DNA of 64,000 nt. It comes from Bdellovibrio sp. (GTDB taxonomy: Bacteria > Bdellovibrionota > Bdellovibrionia > Bdellovibrionales > Bdellovibrionaceae). Location of the stretch: assembly GCA_036676395.1 (NCBI GenBank), contig JAKFCY010000002.1, positions 1,920,001 through 1,984,000 of the forward strand. Reading direction: 5' to 3'. Below the pieces are notes generated by a model. That model was not told where the DNA came from and made no database searches. It worked only from the letters and a program-made list of their open reading frames with translations. A program made the position numbers and the translations under genes. This document shows positions 10,240 to 20,810 of the stretch, piece by piece; the first letter of the stretch is position 1; every line of letters begins with the position of its first letter.

Positions 10240-11638
10240 CGTCCATTTCATCATCACCCATAACACCTAAACTGTATTTTTCAACACGGTAGCGCATAGA
10301 TCTGAATGAAATTTTTAATAATTTAGCCGCTTTTTTCTTCACGCCGTTTGACGCATGAATCGCTTTTATTAATAATTCTTTTTCAATTTGGCCAACAACT
10401 TTATCAAGATCTAAGCCATCATCACCAATTTCAATTTCATTCGATGACGCCATCTTACGACCTGAAGTCGTGTTCACCATTGGCGGTAAAGATTCAGGTA
10501 AAATAGTTGAACCTGCCTCTAAAGCAACTGTGCGCTCGATCATGTTTTCTAATTCACGCACGTTACCCGGATAGTTGTACTTTTTAAGAACATCCATCGC
10601 TTCAACCGAGATCGTTTGAATTTGTTTGTTCAGCTTATCATTATATTTCTTTAAAAAGTGATTTGCTAAAAGTGGGATATCGTCTGAACGATCACGTAAC
10701 GGCGGGGATTTAATGCCGATAACATTTAAACGATAATATAAATCTTGGCGAAAGGTGCCTTTAGCAACCATGTCTTCAAGATTTCTATTTGTCGCAGCGA
10801 TAATACGCACTTCAACTTTATTATCATCAGTAGCACCTACACGACGAATAATTCTTTCCTGAATCGCACGAAGTAATTTAACCTGGATTGAAGCTGGTAA
10901 TTCACCCACCTCATCTAAGAATAAAGTTCCGCCGTCAGCTACTTCAAATAAACCCGCTTTATCAGCGATGGCTCCTGTGAAAGACCCTTTTTTATGACCA
11001 AACATTTCTGATTCCATTAAGTTTTCAGGAATCGCTCCGCAGTTCACTGTAACAAATGGCTTATCTTTTAGCGGACCGTTATAATGGATAGCCTTAGCGA
11101 TAACCTCTTTACCCGTACCAGATTCACCCGTAATTAATACATTTGTTGGCGCTTGTGACACGCGCTGAATTAAATTAAATACGGCGTGCATCGCATCCGA
11201 ATTACCGATCATATTTTGAAACGAGTACTCTTTTACTAATTCTTTTTTAAGAACGCGCACTTCAGTTTCTAAGTTTTTAGATCTTAATGCATTCGCGATA
11301 TTTAAGCGAACTTCATCGATTTTAAAAGGCTTAGTTAAATAATCATACGCGCCAAGTTTCATCGCTTCGACAGCAGTTTCAGTTGTGCCGAAGGCTGTGA
11401 TAATCATAAACACCAAATCAGGATAGTTTTCACGAACATGACGAAGTAATTCGATTCCCGTCACATTAGGCATTTGCATGTCAGAAATGACCATATCAAA
11501 TGATTTTTTGGTTAAAATTTCTTTAGCTTTGGCACCATCTTCTGCAGTGGTAACTTCATAGCCCTCTTTTTTTAGCATGATCTCGAGAAACTCTCGGATT
11601 GATTCTTCGTCGTCTACTACTAAAATGCGTGATTTCAT
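10232..11638 (-). CDS. pilR: Sigma54-dependent response regulator PilR
   Basis: REC + AAA+ (GESGTGKE, GSFTGA, LFLDE) + HTH, located after pilC-pilS. Confidence 0.9.
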   Translation of the reverse strand: MKSRILVVDDEESIREFLEIMLKKEGYEVTTAEDGAKAKEILTKKSFDMVISDMQMPNVTGIELLRHVRENYPDLVFMIITAFGTTETAVEAMKLGAYDYLTKPFKIDEVRLNIANALRSKNLETEVRVLKKELVKEYSFQNMIGNSDAMHAVFNLIQRVSQAPTNVLITGESGTGKEVIAKAIHYNGPLKDKPFVTVNCGAIPENLMESEMFGHKKGSFTGAIADKAGLFEVADGGTLFLDEVGELPASIQVKLLRAIQERIIRRVGATDDNKVEVRIIAATNRNLEDMVAKGTFRQDLYYRLNVIGIKSPPLRDRSDDIPLLANHFLKKYNDKLNKQIQTISVEAMDVLKKYNYPGNVRELENMIERTVALEAGSTILPESLPPMVNTTSGRKMASSNEIEIGDDGLDLDKVVGQIEKELLIKAIHASNGVKKKAAKLLKISFRSMRYRVEKYSLGVMGDDEMDDE

Positions 11639-11657
11639 CTGTGTCTCCTAGTTGTCT

Positions 11658-13229
11658 TTATGCTCTTTTAAACTTTAAAATAAATTCTGTACCAATACCC
11701 ATTTCACTATGAATCTGAATTTGCGTCTGATGACTTTCAAGCACCTTGTGAGTGATTGCTAATCCAAGCCCCGTGCCTTTGGGTTTTGTTGTATAAAACG
11801 GTTCGAAAATTCGCTTTTTAACTTCTTCTGGCATTCCGCTGCCGTTATCTTTAATTGATAAAACCACTTCATCCCCAAAAGTTTCTAATCTAATTTCAAG
11901 AATTGGTTTTTCATTATTCATCATTGCTTGTACAGCGTTCATTGAAATATTTAAAAAAGCCTGTTTAAGCTTATCTGAAAAACCAAAAATTACACCAGAA
12001 TTTACTTTCGCGATCAATTCCAGTTGTTTTGGTGTGTGAGGGCTAGCTTTGATATTGTTAATCACATCATTCATCACATAAGCCAGATCAACTTTTTGAT
12101 CTGGACGTGTTTCAGGTTTTGAATAATCTAAAAATTCAGTGATTAAATTATTTAAACGATCAATTTCTCTTAAAATGATTTTCATTAGCTTTTGATCATC
12201 AGGATTTTGTGTCTCATGTGATAACAATTCAATACTGCCGCTAATACCTGCTAACGGATTTCTGATCTCGTGGGCGATACCTGCTGCCAGTTGACCAATA
12301 GCCGCTAATTTTTCACGCTGGCGCATTTGGTCTTGCAGGTGTTTAACTTCGGTCACATCTTTTAACATCATCAAATTAACAGTTTCATTAAGATAAACAT
12401 CTTGATAGCTGGCTTGATTAACTTCGTAGATCTTTTTTTCTTGCAGCTGGGCATTAAAAAAAGAAAATTCACTCTGCACACGATCTTGGGTTTGGGTAAA
12501 AATAGTGCGCAAATCCTGAATAGATAAATGTAAGCGCTCAGTCAGATTTTTATTCGCAAATAACAAATCATTGCTATTATTAAAGGCCGTTAAACCTGTT
12601 GGCATTTGCTGAATTAAAATCTCAGAGAATTCTTCGCGCGACCGAAGCTTGCGGCTTACCGAGCTTAATTCTGTGTGCAAATCTTTAAGCTGCACGCGAA
12701 ATTGCTGTGAAATAATTGAAACTGTAATAAATGAAAAATTAAATAAAACTAAGGTAAATAAATTTTGAATGCCTTCCCAGCGGACCGACAGCAAATTAAC
12801 TAACGATAGGCTTAGCGAGCTGAATACCGTAAGTAATACAGATGCATTCTTGGGTAACTCAGAACCTGCAATAAATAATAAAATAAGTAAGACAATCAGA
12901 TTAAAGCTAGATAACACCGAATGTTGTGCCATTAAGTAGAATAAAATTGAAAAATCAAAAATATACGACAGCACATGATTTTTGCTGTTAGCGTAATACA
13001 ATAGCAAATGGTGCCCAAAGAACAATAAGACCGCCGCATAAAAATGAATTAAAAAACCCACCTGTAAAAACGGCGCTTGCGACAAAATCGCCAATTGAAA
13101 TAGAATACAGTATAAAAATAATACCACAGCTCGCCAATCGCGAGCCGTTAATGAATTTAAGTACTGTTCGATTTGAATTCTATTGAGCAACAGTATCTCC
13201 CATTTGGAAAATCGGTAAATACATGGCAA
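11658..13229 (-). CDS. pilS: Membrane sensor histidine kinase PilS
   Basis: About six N-terminal TMs, AHEIRNPL H-box and GTGLGL. Lies between pilC and pilR. True start is probably slightly downstream of 13229. Confidence 0.85.
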   Translation of the reverse strand: MPCIYRFSKWEILLLNRIQIEQYLNSLTARDWRAVVLFLYCILFQLAILSQAPFLQVGFLIHFYAAVLLFFGHHLLLYYANSKNHVLSYIFDFSILFYLMAQHSVLSSFNLIVLLILLFIAGSELPKNASVLLTVFSSLSLSLVNLLSVRWEGIQNLFTLVLFNFSFITVSIISQQFRVQLKDLHTELSSVSRKLRSREEFSEILIQQMPTGLTAFNNSNDLLFANKNLTERLHLSIQDLRTIFTQTQDRVQSEFSFFNAQLQEKKIYEVNQASYQDVYLNETVNLMMLKDVTEVKHLQDQMRQREKLAAIGQLAAGIAHEIRNPLAGISGSIELLSHETQNPDDQKLMKIILREIDRLNNLITEFLDYSKPETRPDQKVDLAYVMNDVINNIKASPHTPKQLELIAKVNSGVIFGFSDKLKQAFLNISMNAVQAMMNNEKPILEIRLETFGDEVVLSIKDNGSGMPEEVKKRIFEPFYTTKPKGTGLGLAITHKVLESHQTQIQIHSEMGIGTEFILKFKRA

Positions 13230-14415
13230 CTAGAATAAAACCAATGGCTCCACCGAGAACGATCATTAAAATTGGCTCAATCAACGAGGTCATACCGCGA
13301 ATGGCATTTTCAACTTCATCTTCGTAGAAATCAGCAATTTTACCTAACATGGCATCTAAGGCTCCCGTCTGCTCACCGATAGCCACCATTTGCGAAACCA
13401 TTTGTGGAATTTCTTTTTGTCTAGATAGCGGCAAATGAAATGGGCGACCTACTGAAATCGACTCTTTACAGCTCTTAAGTGCATTTTCGATAACACAATT
13501 ACCAGCTGTATTGGCAGCGATATCAATTGATTCAAGCATACTGATACCTGATGACAGTAGCGTCGACATGGTACGTGATAAACGGGCCACGCTGGATTTT
13601 TGCACGACATCACCAAAAATCGGCGCGTTGATTAAAAATTTATCCAGAACTTGCCGGCCTTCTTTGCTGGCAAAAAATGAAATGATAAAATAAGTAGCCA
13701 CGAATAAAACTGCAATAATAGCTAACCAGTTATTTCTTAACGCGTCTGAAAAGTTAATTAAAAGTTGTGTTAAGCCCGGAAGGTCTTTACCACTTGATTT
13801 ATAAAGCTCTTGAAACTTTGGAATAATAAAAACGATAATACCTGTAATAACCGCAATCGCTGCAAACACGATCACCATCGGCATCATCATAGCACTCTTA
13901 ATCTGATTTTTGATCTTTTCATTTTTTTCAGAATAAATTGATAAACGATTTAAAATCACATCGATAATACCGGCTTCTTCACCAGCACGAATCATATTAC
14001 AATAAAGATCATCAAATACACGCGGATAAGCCTTCATTGAATCAGATAATCTTTTACCTGTTTCAATCGACGCTTTAATTTGAATAATCGCTTCTTTGAT
14101 CAATTTATCAGAAGTTGATTCAGAAAGAATTTTTAAAGCATCGACAATCGGAATACCCGAATTAATTAGAGTCGCAAATTGGCGGGTAAAGATTTGTAAA
14201 TCTTTAGTTTTAACTTTGGGCGCAAAAAAGGCCCCAAGTGCCCCAATATCATGAGCCCCTTTTTTAGTCGTCGTACTAGCCACTACTTTCAAAGTCATCG
14301 GCATTAATTGTTTAGCGCGCAATCTGACTTTTGCTTCAGGTTCGTCTTTAGCGTCGATATAACCGGTCTGAATTTTTCCGCTCAGTGAACGGGCCTGGAA
14401 TTGATACTTTGCCAT
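13180..14415 (-). CDS. pilC: Type IV pilus platform protein PilC
   Basis: Tandem T2SSF domains: FTRQFATLINSGIP, AGEEAG, IGEQTGALDAML. Confidence 0.95.
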   Translation of the reverse strand: MAKYQFQARSLSGKIQTGYIDAKDEPEAKVRLRAKQLMPMTLKVVASTTTKKGAHDIGALGAFFAPKVKTKDLQIFTRQFATLINSGIPIVDALKILSESTSDKLIKEAIIQIKASIETGKRLSDSMKAYPRVFDDLYCNMIRAGEEAGIIDVILNRLSIYSEKNEKIKNQIKSAMMMPMVIVFAAIAVITGIIVFIIPKFQELYKSSGKDLPGLTQLLINFSDALRNNWLAIIAVLFVATYFIISFFASKEGRQVLDKFLINAPIFGDVVQKSSVARLSRTMSTLLSSGISMLESIDIAANTAGNCVIENALKSCKESISVGRPFHLPLSRQKEIPQMVSQMVAIGEQTGALDAMLGKIADFYEDEVENAIRGMTSLIEPILMIVLGGAIGFILVAMYLPIFQMGDTVAQ

Positions 14416-14418
14416 ATT

Positions 14419-15438
14419 TTACAACCCCATTCGCTTTAATTGTTTATCTAAATCGTCTGGCGCCTCAGTGGTTGCAAACGCTGATTTAACATCAATGCGC
14501 CTGCGCACTAAAGCCTGAATAATAGATTGATTTAAGCTCTGAAAATATTTTTTAAAGGCTTCGTCATCATGCTGTTTTTTAAATTCAGAAAATGACATTT
14601 TAAAAAGATCTTCTTTAAATTCTTGCTGAGCTACAAAAAATTCATGAACTGCACCCTCTTTGATGCCGATCACTTTTTGATAACAAATACTATTTAACAC
14701 CTGATAAAAACGACGCGCTAAATTGCTCTGAAAACCAATTTGCGAAATAATTTGTTCCAGGCAGTTTTCTACTGACAGGCCAGAAATCGTTAAATAAACC
14801 GAACGACCCTCTTCACAAAGCTTAATCCACTTTTCCCAGTTTTTAATGCTGTTAAAATCAACGACAAATTGATCGATACCATCATAAATCGGATGGTGAG
14901 CTTCCCACGCTAAAGTTTCTTCAGACAGGTGAATTAATGAATCAATATTTAACATCGACAAAGTCGAAAAATTTCCGTGAACGGCAATTAACTTTGGCGA
15001 ATCTTTTTTAATTTCAGAAACAATATCTTTTAACAGTGATGATTTACCCTGGCCACGTTGGCCAGTCACAATAAATAAACCACTGCTTTTTTTCAAAGTG
15101 TCCCAAAAAACCGGCGACTGGATATACTGGCTTAATTCAAAATTAGGAATCACGCTAAAATAGGCTTTTAGGCAATCTTTGTGCTCGGTGAATGAAAACA
15201 ACCACTGTTGATCAGAGGCTTTATAAACCCCACGCACAAACCCTTTAGTTTCTAGCGCCAGCTTATCGTTATTTTGCAAACATAAATCTTTAAGGTCTTC
15301 CCATTCAGAATAACCTAAACTTTCTTTATCAATTTCTAACCATTCACTTCTGACTTTAGCGATAGTTTTATGGCCAAGACGAAATTGCACCTCTAAAGCT
15401 GAAGAATCTTTTACTTTCGTTAAAATCTTTTCAATCAT
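14419..15438 (-). CDS. pilT: Degenerate PilT-like ATPase
   Basis: Syntenic between pilB and pilC. Walker A GQRGQGKSS and the C-terminal QSLNQS.. remain; the Asp, Walker B and His boxes are not recognisable. Confidence 0.65.
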   Translation of the reverse strand: MIEKILTKVKDSSALEVQFRLGHKTIAKVRSEWLEIDKESLGYSEWEDLKDLCLQNNDKLALETKGFVRGVYKASDQQWLFSFTEHKDCLKAYFSVIPNFELSQYIQSPVFWDTLKKSSGLFIVTGQRGQGKSSLLKDIVSEIKKDSPKLIAVHGNFSTLSMLNIDSLIHLSEETLAWEAHHPIYDGIDQFVVDFNSIKNWEKWIKLCEEGRSVYLTISGLSVENCLEQIISQIGFQSNLARRFYQVLNSICYQKVIGIKEGAVHEFFVAQQEFKEDLFKMSFSEFKKQHDDEAFKKYFQSLNQSIIQALVRRRIDVKSAFATTEAPDDLDKQLKRMGL

Positions 15439-15451
15439 AGTTGCATATCCC

Positions 15452-17170
15452 CTAGTCGTCTCTCACAGATGTATTTAAAACTTCGTCAATTGTAGTCTGG
15501 CCGCGCGCTAATTTTAACAAGCCACTTCGACGTAATGTGCGAAAGCCTAATTCTCTTGTTAACCGACGCAGTTCTGCAGCCGATGCATTTCGTAAAATCG
15601 CTTCTTTAATTTTTTCAGTTGATAATGGCATTAATTCATAAATCGCAAGTCGACCGCGAATACCTGTATTATTACAAGTTGAGCAACCTTTGCCGCGCAT
15701 CAAATTAAATCGTGGAATATCTGCTTTGCTAACACCAAGATTTAACAATGTAGATTCTGGTACCTGCACAGGCTCTTTGCATTGTTCACAAATTTTTCCT
15801 ACAAGGCGCTGAGCGACAATAAGATTTACCGTCGAAGAAATTAAATAAGCCGCCACACCCATTTCAGTCAAACGCACAACCGTCGAAGGGGCGTCATTGG
15901 TGTGAAGCGTACTTAAGACCAAATGACCTGTCGAGGCCGCTTTAAAAGCAATTTCTGCAGTCTCTAAGTCACGAATCTCTCCCACCATGATGATGTCGGG
16001 ATCTTGACGAAGAAAGGCTCGCAAAGCACTTCCAAAATTCAGATCGATATCTGGATTCATTTGCACTTGATTAATACCTTGAAGATTGAACTCGATAGGA
16101 TCTTCAGCTGTACTGATATTTACATCTGCCTGATTTAATTCAGCGAGTGCAGAGTAAATCGTGGTGGTTTTTCCGGAACCCGTAGGCCCTGTGATCAACA
16201 CCATGCCCTGGGGAAGGCTAACGCAACTTTTAAATAATTTTAAATCATCTTCTTCAAAGCCGAGCTTGGTCATATCGAGTTGAAGATTTGATTTATCAAG
16301 TAAACGCATGACCACTTTTTCGCCCCACATGGTCGGAACCGTGTTCACACGAAAATCCATTTCTTTATTTTCTTTGGCGATATTGATTTTCAAACGGCCA
16401 TCCTGCGGACGGCGTTTTTCAGCAATATCCATTTTCGACATAATTTTAATACGCGCAACGATAGCGGGCCCTGAAGTAACGCTTGGGGCAGCTACTTCAA
16501 GAAGCGATCCATCGATACGAAAGCGCACGCGAAAACTTTTCTCATAAGGTTCTAAGTGGATGTCTGAGGCACGTCTGCGCATGGCTTCAATCAAAATACC
16601 ATTCACAAATTTAACAATCGGAGCAGAGCCGATTTTACTATCGGCCTCTTCATTAACTTCGGTAGAGGTGTTTCCACCCATAGCGATATCGCCAACGTCA
16701 TCGCCACCTAAGTTTTCATCGTCGTTAAATTGCTGTTCATTCTGCTTAAACGTGCCGTAAAATTTTTCAATCGCTTGGACAATTGATAAATCGGTCGCAA
16801 GAACCGGTTGTACTTTGCATTTGGTTAAGAAACGAATTTGATCTCGGATTTCAATATTTGCAGGATCAGCAAAGGCCACGACTAGCGTAGTTCCCGCTTT
16901 GGATACAGGAATCACATTGTTTTTGTCGCAAAATTCTCGAGGCACTAAGGATAAAGCTGAAGATTCAATTTCAATTTGACTCAGGTCAACGCCGGGAATT
17001 CCGTACTGCTTTTCTAGGGCTCGCAGTATCTGAGAATCTTTTAAAATTCCGGAGTTTACGATAACCGAACCAAGTCGTGCTTTTGTCTTTGCCGATTCAG
17101 CCAACGCAACCTGCAACTGATCCGGACGGATCAGGCCTTGACGTGTTAGAATTTCCCCAAGCTTCGACAT
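15452..17170 (-). CDS. pilB: Type IV pilus extension ATPase PilB
   Basis: MshEN-like N-terminus, GPTGSGKTT, EDPIE, LRQDPDIIMVGEIRD, STLHTND and two CxxC Zn motifs. Confidence 0.97.
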   Translation of the reverse strand: MSKLGEILTRQGLIRPDQLQVALAESAKTKARLGSVIVNSGILKDSQILRALEKQYGIPGVDLSQIEIESSALSLVPREFCDKNNVIPVSKAGTTLVVAFADPANIEIRDQIRFLTKCKVQPVLATDLSIVQAIEKFYGTFKQNEQQFNDDENLGGDDVGDIAMGGNTSTEVNEEADSKIGSAPIVKFVNGILIEAMRRRASDIHLEPYEKSFRVRFRIDGSLLEVAAPSVTSGPAIVARIKIMSKMDIAEKRRPQDGRLKINIAKENKEMDFRVNTVPTMWGEKVVMRLLDKSNLQLDMTKLGFEEDDLKLFKSCVSLPQGMVLITGPTGSGKTTTIYSALAELNQADVNISTAEDPIEFNLQGINQVQMNPDIDLNFGSALRAFLRQDPDIIMVGEIRDLETAEIAFKAASTGHLVLSTLHTNDAPSTVVRLTEMGVAAYLISSTVNLIVAQRLVGKICEQCKEPVQVPESTLLNLGVSKADIPRFNLMRGKGCSTCNNTGIRGRLAIYELMPLSTEKIKEAILRNASAAELRRLTRELGFRTLRRSGLLKLARGQTTIDEVLNTSVRDD

Positions 17171-17220
17171 AGTATAAGTCTACTGAAGGTGACGTTTTTT
17201 GTAACTAGACCTAGGAACGG

Positions 17221-17958
17221 TTATTTGCGGTTTTTTTGAAATAATCTGTATTTATGCAAATGAAAATCCGCAGAATCCAAGACGCGCAAAGAAGCCTTTT
17301 CTGCCTCTGAAGAAAGCGCGTCGTTTGAATAATTTTGCAGATCAAAAAAGATCGCGCGTTCGGCGACAAAATTAAAGTATGTCAGCGTCTCTACCAGGTC
17401 AGGATGTTCATTAAGATCAAAATCAATCGCCAGTAAACTTGCAAGGTCTGCAATATTGGCCATTTCATCAAGACTTAGTTGAGTTAACTGCACATTAAAC
17501 AAAAACTTCTGTACCCCTGCGATTTGGTTTTGATAAGAAACATTACCTGGCGACACTAAATAAATTTTCTTAAATCCTAATTTTGCCAAAGCAATGGCAT
17601 AGGTAATCAAAAAAGAATAGTTTCCGATAAGCACGGCGTATTTTGCCACATCGACGGCAATATGCTGCGACTGTAAAAAGCTAACAAAAGCTGCTGAACT
17701 TAAATGTATCGGTTTAAATTTATTATTTTCATTCGCAAAAGCATCAACGGCACCGGTTGATTGAATTGGCCAATCTAAGAGCGGCATTCGTGCTAAAATT
17801 TCTTGATTCTGCTGTTCAGAAAGTTCGATCAAATCAAAATCTGAATGCATCAACTCATCTTCATTCATTGGCTCAAAATGAATTTCAATATCAGTCGCAT
17901 TGATTAGTTTTTCACTGAGTTCGGCAGCACCTAGTTCGATTGATCGATATATTTTCAT
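17221..17958 (-). CDS. Highly diverged shikimate-dehydrogenase-like protein
   Basis: Position between ribF and pilB. Remnants TGAVDA (cf. GAVNT), a Rossmann-like AVLIG...ALAKLG and FFDL (cf. D..Y). Confidence 0.5.
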   Translation of the reverse strand: MKIYRSIELGAAELSEKLINATDIEIHFEPMNEDELMHSDFDLIELSEQQNQEILARMPLLDWPIQSTGAVDAFANENNKFKPIHLSSAAFVSFLQSQHIAVDVAKYAVLIGNYSFLITYAIALAKLGFKKIYLVSPGNVSYQNQIAGVQKFLFNVQLTQLSLDEMANIADLASLLAIDFDLNEHPDLVETLTYFNFVAERAIFFDLQNYSNDALSSEAEKASLRVLDSADFHLHKYRLFQKNRK

Positions 17959-18884
17959 GAACCAAAAAACTTTCTAGCTTCATCAATATCATTAAAAATT
18001 TGATGCTTAAGTGAATCGACGCTAGAAAATTTCATTTCATCACGGTGAAAATGCTGCAGCTCAACTTTGATTTGTTCGCCATAAATTTCTTCGTTGAAAT
18101 TAAAGATATGAGTTTCAACTTTTAAATAAGAATTATCATTTTCAAACGTTGGGTTATAGCCAATATTTGTAATCGATTTAAAAACTTTTTCATTCCAATA
18201 GACCAAAGAAAAATAGACGCCCTTGCGCGGAACAAAATCAATATCAGGACTTACATTTGCGGTCGGCACCCCTAGCTGGCGGCCACGTTTAAAACCCACA
18301 CGAACTGGTCCGCGAATATAATACTTGCGACCCAAAAACTGCTCAGCCTGCTCAAGGTTTCCGTGCTCTAAAAGCTTACGAATAACAGATGAAGAAACTA
18401 CTTGTCCCGAAAGTTCGAGAGCGCTGACAACCGTCAAGCCAATTTGATTTTTTTGGCAGTATTCACGTAAGAAATCGATACCACCTGAACGGTCTTTTCC
18501 GAAGTTAAAATCATAGCCAACCACAAGGTGTTTTGGCTTAAAATAACGAGTGATGTAAAGATCCAAAAACTCATCCGCCTGCATGAGTGAAAAATCCTTT
18601 GTAAATTTTTCCTCAATTAGAAAGTCGATCCCCATGGCTTCCATCTTTTCAGCTTGGTCTTTGTAATCAAAAAGTCTAAGCACTGGCGTACCGGGATTTA
18701 ACAAAACGCGGGGGTGTGGCTTAAAAGTCAGAACCACAGAGGGTAAATTATACTCTTTACCTTGAAAAATAAGCTCTTTTAGAAGCTTTTGATGCCCTAA
18801 GTGCACGCCATCGAAGTTTCCGACGGTTAAAACCGATCCATTCAGGTGAGGTAAAGATTGATCGACGGTACGAATCCATTTCAT
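17955..18884 (-). CDS. ribF: Bifunctional riboflavin kinase/FAD synthetase
   Basis: GNFDGVHLGHQ, VGYDFNFG, GRQLGVPTAN, NIGYNPTF, ETHIF. Confidence 0.97.
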   Translation of the reverse strand: MKWIRTVDQSLPHLNGSVLTVGNFDGVHLGHQKLLKELIFQGKEYNLPSVVLTFKPHPRVLLNPGTPVLRLFDYKDQAEKMEAMGIDFLIEEKFTKDFSLMQADEFLDLYITRYFKPKHLVVGYDFNFGKDRSGGIDFLREYCQKNQIGLTVVSALELSGQVVSSSVIRKLLEHGNLEQAEQFLGRKYYIRGPVRVGFKRGRQLGVPTANVSPDIDFVPRKGVYFSLVYWNEKVFKSITNIGYNPTFENDNSYLKVETHIFNFNEEIYGEQIKVELQHFHRDEMKFSSVDSLKHQIFNDIDEARKFFGS

Positions 18885-18959
18885 AGTATTTAATATAATC
18901 TATATTGATCTGATTATCCAGCTACTCGTCATTGAAACTGGAGCTGAAATAGGTTAATT

Positions 18960-20783
18960 TTGCAACGCGTGAAAAATGATATCATCAATTGGATAAAATG
19001 GACGATTAGCAAGAAAGGCTTCTGGAGCAGAGCCTTGCTTTGTTGGCTATTTTCGATAGTCCTGCTTAAATTTGATGAGATGGATCTTTACGACAGCCGT
19101 TTTAAGATTCGCGGACCACAACCTGTAACTCGCGAGGCCGTTTTAGTCACCATTAAGCCCAGCGATTTTGTTAAAATTTCTGACGCCAAAACCAACTCTT
19201 TAATCAACATGAACGAATCACAAGATGTCAGCGATAGCTTTTTCTGGGATCAAAAAATTTGGTTTCAAATGCTATCACAAATTTTAGCGCAAAAACCGAG
19301 AGGCATCGGCGTTACATTATTTTTTGGTGAAAATATCGGCGTTACGCGTTTGAACTCTCAAGAAATTATGGTTTTCAAAGATCCAAAAATCACCTGGGCC
19401 ACAAACACCAGTCTTTTAGAAAACATGTCTTTACCGTTTGCCACCCTGCCCGACCGGTCAAACATTGCCCATGTCGAAGTTTTACGTGACGAAGATGGTA
19501 TCGTACGAAGACTGCAAGACAGTCGCGGTTTTTTACAAGACATCAGTCACGCGGTGATCGATCATGGACGCCTAAATAAAGATTCGCTGGCGGTGATTAA
19601 TTACCGTGGCTTAGGGCGTTTTAAAAAAGTGGATCTGCAAAAAGTTTTGCGGGGCGATCTGCCCAAAGATTTTTTTCGTAATAAATTAGTTTTTATCGGC
19701 ACCGACCGCACGATCAATTCACAAATTTTAACACCCCTTGGAACCATGTCTAAACATGAATACTGGGCCCAGGTTAGCGACAATATTTTAGAAAAACGCT
19801 TTATTAAAAAAGGCCCTACGTGGATCAATTCACTGTTGCTGCTATTTTTAACTATTGCTGCTGTACTGGTGATCACGCATTTTCCGCAAGCCGTGTCGCT
19901 GTTTTTATTTTTCTGGATTGGCACAATCTGGGCTGCTTTTTCAATTTGGGTCTTTGATACATTTTATGTCTGGATTCCCTTAGTAAGCCCACTGGTGTTA
20001 TTGATTTTAATTTGGGTTTTATATATCGGTTACCACGCTCTGCGCATTGAAAAGGCCCATGCAGAATTACAACAAGAACAACGTTATTTATCAGACCTTG
20101 AACAGTTAAAAAATAACTTCATCAGTTTGATCAGCCATGACTTAAAAACTCCGATTGCTAAAATTCAAGCCGTGATCGACCGATTGGATGCCGAAAAAAA
20201 CATTCCTGACCAAATGCACGAAGATTTCGACAATTTAAAAATTTATTCTGAAGAACTAAATCGCTATATCCAGTCCATTTTAAAAGTTCTGCGTGTTGAA
20301 TCGCGTGATTTTCAAATTTTAAAAGAAGTCGCAGACTTAAACGAAATTATTGAAACTGTCGTTGAACGTTTAAAGCCTGTGGCTAAAACTAAAAATGTTC
20401 GCATTGATCTGACTTTGGAGCCGATGTTTTTAATTGAATTCGACGTGACGTTAATGACCGAAGTATTTTTAAATTTAGTTGAAAATGCGATTAAATACAC
20501 TCCGGCAAATGGCCAAGTTTCGATTCGCACTAAAGAAACTGACACTGAAATTTTGATTGAAATTCAGGATACCGGCGAAGGCATCGCCACCGAAGATCAA
20601 ATGCACATCTGGAAAAAGTTTGTGCGTGGGCGCAACCAAGATCAAAAAACTAAAGGTACAGGCCTTGGGCTTTACCTGGTTAAATATTTTATTGAGCTGC
20701 ATGGCGGAAATATCGCTTTAAAATCTGAAGTGGGCGTTGGCACGACGTTTTATGTTCGACTGCCGATTGATCCGGTACTATAA
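18960..20783 (+). CDS. CHASE2-domain sensor histidine kinase
   Basis: D.DG.VRR and K.V.IG CHASE2 motifs, three TMs, SHDLKTP H-box, GTGLGL. Confidence 0.88.
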   Translation: MQRVKNDIINWIKWTISKKGFWSRALLCWLFSIVLLKFDEMDLYDSRFKIRGPQPVTREAVLVTIKPSDFVKISDAKTNSLINMNESQDVSDSFFWDQKIWFQMLSQILAQKPRGIGVTLFFGENIGVTRLNSQEIMVFKDPKITWATNTSLLENMSLPFATLPDRSNIAHVEVLRDEDGIVRRLQDSRGFLQDISHAVIDHGRLNKDSLAVINYRGLGRFKKVDLQKVLRGDLPKDFFRNKLVFIGTDRTINSQILTPLGTMSKHEYWAQVSDNILEKRFIKKGPTWINSLLLLFLTIAAVLVITHFPQAVSLFLFFWIGTIWAAFSIWVFDTFYVWIPLVSPLVLLILIWVLYIGYHALRIEKAHAELQQEQRYLSDLEQLKNNFISLISHDLKTPIAKIQAVIDRLDAEKNIPDQMHEDFDNLKIYSEELNRYIQSILKVLRVESRDFQILKEVADLNEIIETVVERLKPVAKTKNVRIDLTLEPMFLIEFDVTLMTEVFLNLVENAIKYTPANGQVSIRTKETDTEILIEIQDTGEGIATEDQMHIWKKFVRGRNQDQKTKGTGLGLYLVKYFIELHGGNIALKSEVGVGTTFYVRLPIDPVL

Positions 20784-20810
20784 TTAGCTTATAGGCAAAT
20801 AAGGGATGTT

